This document shows, in pieces, positions 8,477 through 15,351 of a stretch of DNA of 32,000 bases. The stretch is taken from assembly GCF_017876815.1 (NCBI RefSeq), contig NZ_JAGIOS010000001.1, positions 2,550,001 through 2,582,000 of the forward strand, read 5' to 3'. Position numbers and translations under genes: made by a program. The stretch is from Sinorhizobium meliloti (lineage in GTDB: Bacteria > Pseudomonadota > Alphaproteobacteria > Rhizobiales > Rhizobiaceae). The notes beneath the pieces were generated by a model. That model was not told the origin of the DNA. It ran no database searches and worked only from the letters and a program-made list of their open reading frames with translations. Position 1 is the first letter of the stretch. Each line of letters opens with the position of its first letter.

Positions 8477-10303
8477 GTGGCGGGGCCGCATTATCGTCTG
8501 CAGACATTCGGGGAATTGCGGCTGGTCAATTCCGGCGGCGTGGCTGTGGCGTGTCCCGAGCGGGGCGCGCTGATACTCGCCTATCTCTGCGTGTCCGGGG
8601 AGAAAACGGCTTCCCGTGAAAAGCTCGCAATGCTGATCTGGCCCGAGCGGGAAAAGAGCGTCGCCTTCAAGAACCTGCGGTCGACCTTGTGGCGCATGCG
8701 CCACCTTGCTGCGGATTTGGGACCGCTCATTACGGCAACGGAAGCCGAGGTTACGCTAGGGGAGATTGCCTGCGACGTCGACGGTTTCCAGGCGCTGGAA
8801 CATTCGGAGGAGGCGTTCCGCACCGGGCTTCGGTTATGGCGCGATGGGTTTCTCGCAAGCGCGGATGTGCCGCCGGGCCGCTATGCGGATTGGGTGGGAG
8901 AACAGCGGCGCCTGTTCACGCAGTTGCTGCGCGCGGCGCTTATCGGCGGCGAAGAGCGGTTTGCCGACAGGGCGCTGCTGCGGACCGCGTGCATGCACTT
9001 CCTCGAGCTCGATCCGACGGATACGGCCGTGCGTCCGATCCTGGAGCGGATGACCGGCGGGGGTCTGGTCGTCGGGAGCGGTCAGCCGGACAGGGCCCGG
9101 CTGCGGCAGGGTGCCTTTGCCGGAGAGCCCGCAAGGGAGGCGAGTGCTCCGCCGGTTGCGCCGGCACCCCGTGTCGCGCTGCTTCCGCCGGCGGCCTTCG
9201 GCAGCGATCCGATGCTTCACGCGGTCAGCGTGGCCGTGGTCGAGGACATCACGATCGGGCTATGTGCGCAACGATCGATGTCCGTCGTTGCTCCCTACAC
9301 GGCGGAGCGCATACGGGATGCCGCGGACAAGGCTGCGTTCTTGGAAAAGCATGGCGTTACCTATGCGCTCGACTGCCGCATGTCGGACCAGGGGCTCTTC
9401 ACGCAGCTCATTTTTCTGCCGTCCGACGCGATCGTCTGGGCGGAGCGGTTTGCGATATCTCCGGTCGGTCTCCTGCAGCAACGCCAGGAAATCGCCTTTC
9501 ATGTCGCCCGGGCGGTGACGGAGCAGGTCGAGACCGGCCGTGCCGCGCGTATCGACTATCTGGCCCATCCGGAGGCCTATTACGCCTATCTCGCCGGCCT
9601 GCGAAACCTCTCCAGCGTGGGTCTTCCCGAAATCCGCAGGGCACGCGGCGATTTCAGGGCCGCGCTCAAGCACAAGCCGGATTTTGCTCCGGCGCTGAGC
9701 GGGATGGCGCGCACCTATGCAATCGAGTGGATCCTGACTGCCCGCGGCGACCGGGAACTTCTTTCGGTGGCGGAGCATCACGCCAAGGGGGCGATCGAAA
9801 GCAATGAGGACCTGCCCGGAGCACACCGCGAGTTCGGTGTCGTCAAGCTCTATCAGGGTGATCTCGACGAGAGCCTTGCGGCGCTGGATCTCGCCGAAAA
9901 CCTGAGCCCGCATTATGCCGACGTGCTTTACAGCCACGCCGACACGCTCGTTCATGTCTCCCGCCCGCGCGAGGCGCTCGACAAGCTCGGCAAGGCGCTT
10001 TCGCTCAATCCGCTGGCGCCCGACACCTATTTCTGGAGCGCTGCCGGTGCCAGCTATTTCCTCGAAAACTATCAGGACGCGATCGGCTACGTTCAGAGAA
10101 TGAAGGACAAGTCGCCCGGCGACAGGCTGCTTGCGGCAAGCTGGGCGATGCTCGGCGACCAGAAGAAAGCACGGGCGTACCGGATGCGGGCGTTGAAGAG
10201 CAATCCGACGTTCGACGTCGATAAGTGGCTTGCCGTCGTTCCCATGAAGGAACAATGGCAGAAGGACCTCTATCGTGAGGGGCTGAAAAAAGCGGGGTTT
10301 TGA
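8477..10303 (+). CDS. SARP-like transcriptional regulator: N-terminal winged-helix plus BTAD, central domain, C-terminal TPR repeats
   Basis: GTG 8477 has GAGG 6 nt upstream. The N-terminus 'YRLQTFGELRL...ERGALILAYLCVSGEKTASREKLAMLIWPE...NLRSTLWRMR' looks like an OmpR/SARP wHTH. The following helical 'LRLWRDGFLA...YADWVGEQRRLF' region looks like BTAD. The last ~230 aa are TPR-like ('EAYYAYLAGLRNL', 'ALKHKPDFAPA', 'ALSLNPLAPDTYF', 'ALKSNPTF'). Confidence 0.8.
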   Translation: MAGPHYRLQTFGELRLVNSGGVAVACPERGALILAYLCVSGEKTASREKLAMLIWPEREKSVAFKNLRSTLWRMRHLAADLGPLITATEAEVTLGEIACDVDGFQALEHSEEAFRTGLRLWRDGFLASADVPPGRYADWVGEQRRLFTQLLRAALIGGEERFADRALLRTACMHFLELDPTDTAVRPILERMTGGGLVVGSGQPDRARLRQGAFAGEPAREASAPPVAPAPRVALLPPAAFGSDPMLHAVSVAVVEDITIGLCAQRSMSVVAPYTAERIRDAADKAAFLEKHGVTYALDCRMSDQGLFTQLIFLPSDAIVWAERFAISPVGLLQQRQEIAFHVARAVTEQVETGRAARIDYLAHPEAYYAYLAGLRNLSSVGLPEIRRARGDFRAALKHKPDFAPALSGMARTYAIEWILTARGDRELLSVAEHHAKGAIESNEDLPGAHREFGVVKLYQGDLDESLAALDLAENLSPHYADVLYSHADTLVHVSRPREALDKLGKALSLNPLAPDTYFWSAAGASYFLENYQDAIGYVQRMKDKSPGDRLLAASWAMLGDQKKARAYRMRALKSNPTFDVDKWLAVVPMKEQWQKDLYREGLKKAGF

Positions 10304-10320
10304 GGATGAGGGATAGCGAT

Positions 10321-10536
10321 ATGGCGAAAGTTGTTGTGATAGGCATTCCCGGCGAGCCGGGTCTGTGGCTGGCGGACCTGGGGAACGGAACCGTCAGGCC
10401 GCTCGATCAGGTGACGGGCGACCTGGCCACGGCGAACAAGCTCCGTGCACAAGGGGGGACGATCGTCAAGAATGTCGACCTCGCAGTGGCTGTGTCCTCC
10501 GCCGACAAGGTGTTTTCGGGTCATTTCGACGGGTGA
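10321..10536 (+). CDS. 71-aa protein of unknown function, possibly translationally coupled to YcaO (candidate precursor peptide or YcaO partner)
   Basis: ATG 10321 lies 17 nt after the regulator stop, with GAGGGA (10308-10313) 7 nt upstream. My hand count gives third-position GC of 54/71 (76%). The competing frame (the track extension of YcaO) is Arg/Gly-rich nonsense. The stop TGA overlaps GTG 10533, a candidate YcaO start. Confidence 0.55.
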   Translation: MAKVVVIGIPGEPGLWLADLGNGTVRPLDQVTGDLATANKLRAQGGTIVKNVDLAVAVSSADKVFSGHFDG

Positions 10537-11747
10537 CCGGTCCCGACATCGGGGGTGGGGCCGACTTGCGCAATGAATATTCCGATCGTGTGCTGAGCCC
10601 GGAAGAGACCTTCGAACGTGTAAGGCCTCTGCTTTCCGGTTTCGGCATAGCCCGCATCGCGAGGCACACGGGACTCGACAGGACCGGAATCCCGGTCTGG
10701 TGCGCCTACACGCCGAATGCACGATCCATCGTGGTTGCACAGGGCAAAGGGCTGACGGATGCGGACGCGAAGGTTTCTGCCGTCATGGAGGCGCTGGAGC
10801 GCGCTGTTGCCGGCGAACCCGCGGTCGAAACCATAATGGCCACAACCCGGGCCCTGCGGGCGTCCGGACGGACCGCGGACCCGCTTCCGGGGCTGATTGC
10901 GGCCGGGCAGGAGGAAATCGGTCCGGAGGAGGAATTGCCATGGGTCGCCGGCTCCGATCTGATCTCCGGCCCCGAGGTGCTCGTACCGCTCGCAGCGGCG
11001 CTGCTGGACCGTACCCGGCCTTCGCGTTTCTGGATGTCGTCGGATGGGCTCGCATCGGGAAATTCCATCCAGGAAGCGACATTGCACGGGCTGCTGGAGC
11101 GCATCGAGCGTGACGCCCATGTCCTGTGGGGCGTGTCTGGGCCGGAGAGCCGTTACCGGCAATGCGTTGCTCCCGAGGGGTTCGGCGATGCAGCGCTGAA
11201 TAGTCTCGTCGAGCGCATAAGAGCCGCGGGTCTCGATCTCCGGCTTTTCGACATTACCAGCGACATCGGTATTCCCTGCTTTCTGGCATTGCTCGGCCCC
11301 TCCGACATCGCCATCAGGGACGATGGTCGTTTCGTCGATGTGACAAGCGGCTGCGGGGCGCATGTCTTTGCCGTTCGCGCGGCGATCAGAGCGGTGACCG
11401 AAGCGGCGCAGTCGCGGCTCACCTTCATGAGCGGCGCTCGGGACGATGTCTTTCCCGAAACCTTCAGCCGGCCTTTGCCGGACTCGACCCGCCAGGCCTT
11501 CCTCGCGGGACCGTGCCGGCATGCGCCGGCGGCGCCGCCTGCGGGCGGCGATCTGGACGCGCTCATGCGCCACACCATCGATCATCTAAAGGATGCCGGT
11601 GTGCAATCTGCAATTGTGGTTCGCCTGTCAGCCGAAGCTCTGCCGTTCGCGGTCGTCAAGATCTTCGTCCCCGATCTTGAGAACCCCGACGGTGAAAGAG
11701 CACGCCGTTTCGGTCCGCGCGCGCTATCCAAAGCGCTCGCATTTTGA
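10533..11747 (+). CDS. YcaO-domain protein (ATP-dependent amide-activating enzyme), stand-alone type
   Basis: YcaO signatures are present: 'SAVMEALERAV', 'SSDGLASGNSIQEATLHGLLERIERDA' and 'GIPCFLA'. The N-terminus 'SPEETFERVRPLLSGFGIARIARHTGLDRTGIPVW' is typical. The start is either GTG 10533 (GTGA overlap with the upstream ORF) or TTG 10566; the track's 10365 start is rejected. Confidence 0.85.
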   Translation: MTGPDIGGGADLRNEYSDRVLSPEETFERVRPLLSGFGIARIARHTGLDRTGIPVWCAYTPNARSIVVAQGKGLTDADAKVSAVMEALERAVAGEPAVETIMATTRALRASGRTADPLPGLIAAGQEEIGPEEELPWVAGSDLISGPEVLVPLAAALLDRTRPSRFWMSSDGLASGNSIQEATLHGLLERIERDAHVLWGVSGPESRYRQCVAPEGFGDAALNSLVERIRAAGLDLRLFDITSDIGIPCFLALLGPSDIAIRDDGRFVDVTSGCGAHVFAVRAAIRAVTEAAQSRLTFMSGARDDVFPETFSRPLPDSTRQAFLAGPCRHAPAAPPAGGDLDALMRHTIDHLKDAGVQSAIVVRLSAEALPFAVVKIFVPDLENPDGERARRFGPRALSKALAF

Positions 11748-11803
11748 AGGAGCAGACCCGCAAGGCGCCTGGCGAGATCCGGCGCGGAACTCTACCGATG
11801 CGT

Positions 11804-11849
11804 GTGCAACGCTCGTGCAACGCGCGGAAATTCCGAAGTCGTTTATAGT
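11804..11849 (+). promoter_or_regulatory. candidate activator-dependent promoter: two GTGCAACGC direct repeats at 11-nt spacing plus a -10-like TATAGT
   Basis: GTGCAACGC occurs at 11804-11812 and 11815-11823. TATAGT lies at 11844-11849, 20 nt after the second repeat. AGGGAAG (11857-11863) follows, then ATG 11872. Confidence 0.3.
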
Positions 11850-11871
11850 CGATGTCAGGGAAGCGCACGGA

Positions 11872-12105
11872 ATGGGGGTTCAAATGGGTAATCATCCTTC
11901 GTCCTTGACGGACACCGAAACGGAACTTGCGAGCATCGCCAGAATGCTGAGCCACATTCGCGATAGCGCCCGCGCATTGGACGCTCAGGCCGTCGAATAT
12001 TGCGTCGAGATGGCTCTGCAGGCCGTTGCCAACGAGTTGCGGGATCGCAGCGAGCTCGTCATCGCGGCCGCGGGCTTCAACGCCAGAACGCACTCGTTGC
12101 AATAG
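11872..12105 (+). CDS. 77-aa hypothetical protein, predicted helical (second candidate precursor or accessory protein of the YcaO locus)
   Basis: ATG 11872 (alternative ATG 11884). My hand count gives third-position GC of 56/77 (73%). The composition is not artefact-like, whereas the antisense 148-aa ORF is Arg-rich. Confidence 0.45.
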   Translation: MGVQMGNHPSSLTDTETELASIARMLSHIRDSARALDAQAVEYCVEMALQAVANELRDRSELVIAAAGFNARTHSLQ

Positions 12106-12189
12106 CAGCGGTCGCGGGCTCGCCTCGCAAAGCGCGGTGCGGACAATGTTGCCGAGCGCGTCGATCAGCGCGGGGAGGACTGCAATCTC

Positions 12190-12310
12190 TTCCTCATCTC
12201 TGTGCTTGTCACAGAGATCCAGCAGCGCCGCGTCTGCGGCGCGGGGAAGAGTTCTTTCAGCCCAACGACTTGGGCTGGCTGGATTCCTGTGACGAGCACA
12301 GGAATGAGGA
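12190..12310. repeat. RIME-type rhizobial intergenic mosaic element, copy 1
   Basis: ~120 bp with terminal palindromes 'ATCTCTGTG..CACAGAGAT' and 'CCTGTGACGAGCACAGG'. It differs from the copy at 17273..17391 at about 8 positions, and both copies have the same orientation. Confidence 0.75.
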
Positions 12311-12385
12311 GATCAAAAAAGCCGCGGCGGGTATCCCGAATCTCAACACGCCTTGGAGCGGAGGCGATCTATGGTCGGGCGGGGG

Positions 12386-12417
12386 AAAAAGCGCGCTGCG
12401 GGAAGACCCGCGGCGCG
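12386..12417 (-). terminator. rho-independent terminator of the DUF1194 gene
   Basis: GC-rich stem GCGCGCTGCGGG/CCCGCGGCGCG (11 bp, one mismatch, loop AAGA), followed on the minus strand by a run of five T (12386-12390). It lies 11 nt downstream of the stop at 12428. Confidence 0.65.
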
Positions 12418-12427
12418 TTGCTCACAT

Positions 12428-13222
12428 CTAGCGATCCAGCTCCGGGTAGACCCTGTCGAGAAAACCAGGCCGCAGCTTCTCGCCTATCATGCAATCTGCC
12501 GCAGCTTCGCCGGCCGCCAAACGGAGCGCCGGCTCGGGTGTCAGGCCGCTTACTTCCAGGATAAGCTTCTGGCGGATTGCGATCGCGAAATCCTCGGGTT
12601 CATGGACGGGCAGGACGAAGGAGCCGGGGCCGCCGATGACGCATTCGGCGTAATACTGGTCGAGCGGCCCGGTCGAGACCGACGGGCGGATGAGGATCGC
12701 AAGCCCATTGATGATGATCCCGCGCGATACGGCATCGTTGCGGGCAGGCGTGACCGGCGGCCCGGTATTGTTGGGCCCGTCACCGGAGACGTCGATGACC
12801 CGTCGCGCGCCCGAAAAGGCGTTCGAATCGATGAGGCCCGTGCCGAAAAGAATCGCATTGGAGATCGAGGTGCCGCGCCGCGTCCCGATCGGCCGCGCCT
12901 CCAGCTTGGCGGCGAAGGCTTCGGCGTCGGCAGCATTTTCGATCACCTGCCAGTTTACGACGGAGGCCTCGTTTACGAGCCCTGCCCATTCGAAATAGCC
13001 GATGGCGATCCGCCCGAGGAGCCCGCCCTGGACCGCATTGATGAAATCGGGGTGCCGCAGCGCCTGCAGATAGCCGGAGCGCTGCACGCGTGCCTCCTCC
13101 ATGTCCATCGAGCCGGACATGTCGACAGCCAGCAACAGCTCCACGTCGACGTCGGCGGCCATGGCTGCCGTCTGTATCGGGCTCCCGCTCAGAGCCAGGA
13201 TCAATGCTATCGTGCCTAACAT
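12428..13222 (-). CDS. DUF1194-family protein (secreted vWA-like domain)
   Basis: The signal-like N-terminus 'MLGTIALILALSGSPIQTAAMA' is followed by a MIDAS-like 'LLLAVDMSGSMD'. 'IDVSGDGPNN' and 'GIIINGLAI' are typical of DUF1194. The start is set at ATG 13222. Confidence 0.8.
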   Translation of the reverse strand: MLGTIALILALSGSPIQTAAMAADVDVELLLAVDMSGSMDMEEARVQRSGYLQALRHPDFINAVQGGLLGRIAIGYFEWAGLVNEASVVNWQVIENAADAEAFAAKLEARPIGTRRGTSISNAILFGTGLIDSNAFSGARRVIDVSGDGPNNTGPPVTPARNDAVSRGIIINGLAILIRPSVSTGPLDQYYAECVIGGPGSFVLPVHEPEDFAIAIRQKLILEVSGLTPEPALRLAAGEAAADCMIGEKLRPGFLDRVYPELDR

Positions 13223-13456
13223 CGCATCAGCCAATCATCGTGGATCACGCGTCGGGCGTTCTGCCCCTCTATCCCGGGCACCGCGATTTGCCGTAAAACC
13301 GGCCTCGGCCTCCGGGCCGATGTAATCCGATGAATGTACCACAGGATTGGAAATCGGCGACTGCCGGCGCGACGCGGGCCTACAATATTCGGTGATCGCG
13401 GCAAGAGCTGCGCGACCCGCCGCACCGTCACCGACGTCACCGAAGAATAGGCCACC

Positions 13457-14770
13457 ATGTTTCACACCAGGCGGAACTCGGATATCGCATGCGTCGAGCG
13501 GCTGCAGCGCGCGGCGTTCGGCTACTTTCTTCGATATTCCGACACGGCAACCGGTCTGGTGGCCGATACGTCTCGCAAGGGTTCTCCGTCGAGTATCGCC
13601 GCCACGGGCTTCGGGCTCGCAGCCTATCCGGTCGCGGTCGAGCGCGGCTGGATCGGTCGGGCGGAGGCCGCGCGGCGTGTGCTGACCGCCCTCGCATTCT
13701 TCGCGGCGAGCCGGCAGGAGAGCGACGCGCGGGCAACCGGCTATCGCGGCTTCTATTATCATTTCCTCGATATGCGGTCGGGAGAGCGCGCCTGGCGCAG
13801 CGAACTCTCGACGATCGACACCGCGTTGCTCCTCGCCGGTGCCCTGGCCGCGGCGGCGTATTTCTCCGGCTCCGGCGAGCAGGAGAGGGAGATCAGGAGC
13901 CACGCGGCGTTTCTCTACGAAAGGGCAGACTGGAACTGGGCGCTCAATGGCGGCGATACCGTCACAATGGGTTGGCGCCCGCCCGGACGCTTCCTGAAGC
14001 ACCGCTGGCGGGGCTACAGCGAGGCGCTGCTTCTTTATGTTCTGGCGCTGGGTTCGCCAACACGGCCGATCGTGCCGCAGAATTACGACGCCTACACCGC
14101 GGCGCATGAATGGCTCACGCTCGATGGGGTGGCGCATCTCCACGCCGGCGCGCTCTTCGTCCACCTGTTTCCGCAGGCCTGGATCGATTTTCGCGGCGTT
14201 CGCGACCGGGGGATGCGTGAAAGGGACAGCGACTATTTCGAAAACTCCCGCCGCGCCATCAGGCTGCAGCGCGCCCATGCCGAGGAAAATCCTCATGGCT
14301 TCGCAGGTTACTGCAGCGATCTCTGGGGGTTCAGCGCCTGCCACGCGCCGAAAGGCTGGCTGAGGCTTCGCGACGGGCGGCGGCAGAGATTGCTCGGCTA
14401 CGAGGCACGTGGCGCACCATTCGGCGCCGATGACGGTACGCTCGTTCCATGGGCGTCGCTCGCCGGTCTGCCGTTCGAGCCGGACGCATGTCTCGGCAGC
14501 CTTTCTCACCTGATGTCGCAATATCCCGCGCTCGTTAATGAGGGTTGCCTTCCCGGCGGCTTCAATCCCAGCCTGCCGGGGGACGGCCCCGAGGGCTGGG
14601 TGGACGACAGAATCGTCGGACTTGACCAAGGGCTCGTGGTCATGATGATCGAGAACTGGAGAAGCGGCCTGATCTGGGAACTGACGCGCAGCATTCCGGC
14701 CTTCAGCCAGGGGTTGAGCAGGGCCGGCTTTGCGGGCGGCTGGCTTTCGTCGACGCTGCCTCGAGTCTGA
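13457..14770 (+). CDS. glucoamylase-like / GH144-like (beta-1,2-glucanase family) protein, no signal peptide
   Basis: 437-aa ORF. 'LQRAAFGYFL...TGLVADTS....PSSIAATGFGLAAYPVAVERGW' and 'YRGFYYHFLDM' resemble the (alpha/alpha)6 'putative glucoamylase' family, recalled from memory. Confidence 0.65.
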   Translation: MFHTRRNSDIACVERLQRAAFGYFLRYSDTATGLVADTSRKGSPSSIAATGFGLAAYPVAVERGWIGRAEAARRVLTALAFFAASRQESDARATGYRGFYYHFLDMRSGERAWRSELSTIDTALLLAGALAAAAYFSGSGEQEREIRSHAAFLYERADWNWALNGGDTVTMGWRPPGRFLKHRWRGYSEALLLYVLALGSPTRPIVPQNYDAYTAAHEWLTLDGVAHLHAGALFVHLFPQAWIDFRGVRDRGMRERDSDYFENSRRAIRLQRAHAEENPHGFAGYCSDLWGFSACHAPKGWLRLRDGRRQRLLGYEARGAPFGADDGTLVPWASLAGLPFEPDACLGSLSHLMSQYPALVNEGCLPGGFNPSLPGDGPEGWVDDRIVGLDQGLVVMMIENWRSGLIWELTRSIPAFSQGLSRAGFAGGWLSSTLPRV

Positions 14771-14819
14771 AACGAGGGAAGCGGCCCGTAGCGGCTTCGT
14801 TCCCGTCTGGAGTGCCGCA

Positions 14820-15299
14820 ATGGTTGCCCTTGTTCCTGCGCTGGCTTTTGCCGCCGCGATCGGATCCGGTCTGATGGCCGGGCTCTTCTTCGTCTTCTCG
14901 GTCTGCATAATGCAGGCGCTGTCGCGGCTCCCGCCGGATCAGGGGGTCGCCGCGATGAACGCCATCAACGTGGTCATCCAGAATCCGCTGTTCCTCTTCG
15001 CCTTCATGGGAACGGCGCTGCTTGGCCTTATCCTCCTCGTCATGGCCTTCATCTGGGGCGGGCAGGGGAGTTATCTGTTGGCAGCCGGCGGGCTCGTCTA
15101 TCTCCTCGGCACGCTCGCGGTGACTATCGTAATCAATGTCCCGCTGAACGACGCGCTTGCCGCCGCCCCTGCCGGCCAGGCAGCCGCCGAGCTCTGGCAG
15201 CAGCGCTACCTGACCGACTGGGTCCGCTGGAACCACGTGCGCACCATCGCCTCGACAGGCGCGCTCGCCCTTTTCGTGCTCGGCTTCGCCCGGATCTAG
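14820..15299 (+). CDS. DUF1772-family membrane protein (anthrone-oxygenase-like)
   Basis: Four hydrophobic helices. 'NVPLNDAL' and 'W..YLTDWVRWNHVRT' match the DUF1772 pattern. The start is set at ATG 14820. Confidence 0.7.
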   Translation: MVALVPALAFAAAIGSGLMAGLFFVFSVCIMQALSRLPPDQGVAAMNAINVVIQNPLFLFAFMGTALLGLILLVMAFIWGGQGSYLLAAGGLVYLLGTLAVTIVINVPLNDALAAAPAGQAAAELWQQRYLTDWVRWNHVRTIASTGALALFVLGFARI

Positions 15300-15306
15300 C
15301 GCACTG

Positions 15307-15340
15307 CCGGACGGTTTTCCGTCCGGAGCCGGGTTGTTTT
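15307..15340 (+). terminator. rho-independent terminator between convergent genes
   Basis: Perfect hairpin CCGGACGG-TTTT-CCGTCCGG (15307-15326), followed by T-rich 'TTGTTTT' (15334-15340). Confidence 0.55.
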
Positions 15341-15351
15341 GAAGAACCGGA

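Noticed and set aside
7926-8507. 193-aa minus-strand ORF spanning the AAC(3)-regulator spacer
   Set aside because: It is Pro/Ala/Arg/Ser-rich, with hand-counted GC3 of only about 55-61%. It overlaps both the AAC(3) 5' end and the regulator start, and has no motif.
8689-10255. 372-aa plus-strand and 331-aa minus-strand ORFs inside the regulator gene
   Set aside because: These are alternative frames of the regulator. Their products are Arg/Gly/Ala-rich nonsense, whereas the regulator frame shows wHTH and TPR patterns.
10365-10532. N-terminal 56-aa extension of the YcaO frame given by the ORF track
   Set aside because: The extension ('MAGGPGERNRQAARSGDGRPGHGEQAPCTRGDD...') is Arg/Gly-rich and overlaps the better-supported 71-aa ORF. 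YcaO homologs begin shortly before the 'SPEET' segment, so GTG 10533 or TTG 10566 fits better.
10521-11585. 354-aa minus-strand ORF
   Set aside because: It is antisense to YcaO and has shadow-ORF composition.
13235-14908. 557-aa ORF on the minus strand
   Set aside because: It is antisense to the GH144-like gene. The product is dominated by Arg/Ala/Pro/Gly with no motifs, which is the typical high-GC shadow ORF.
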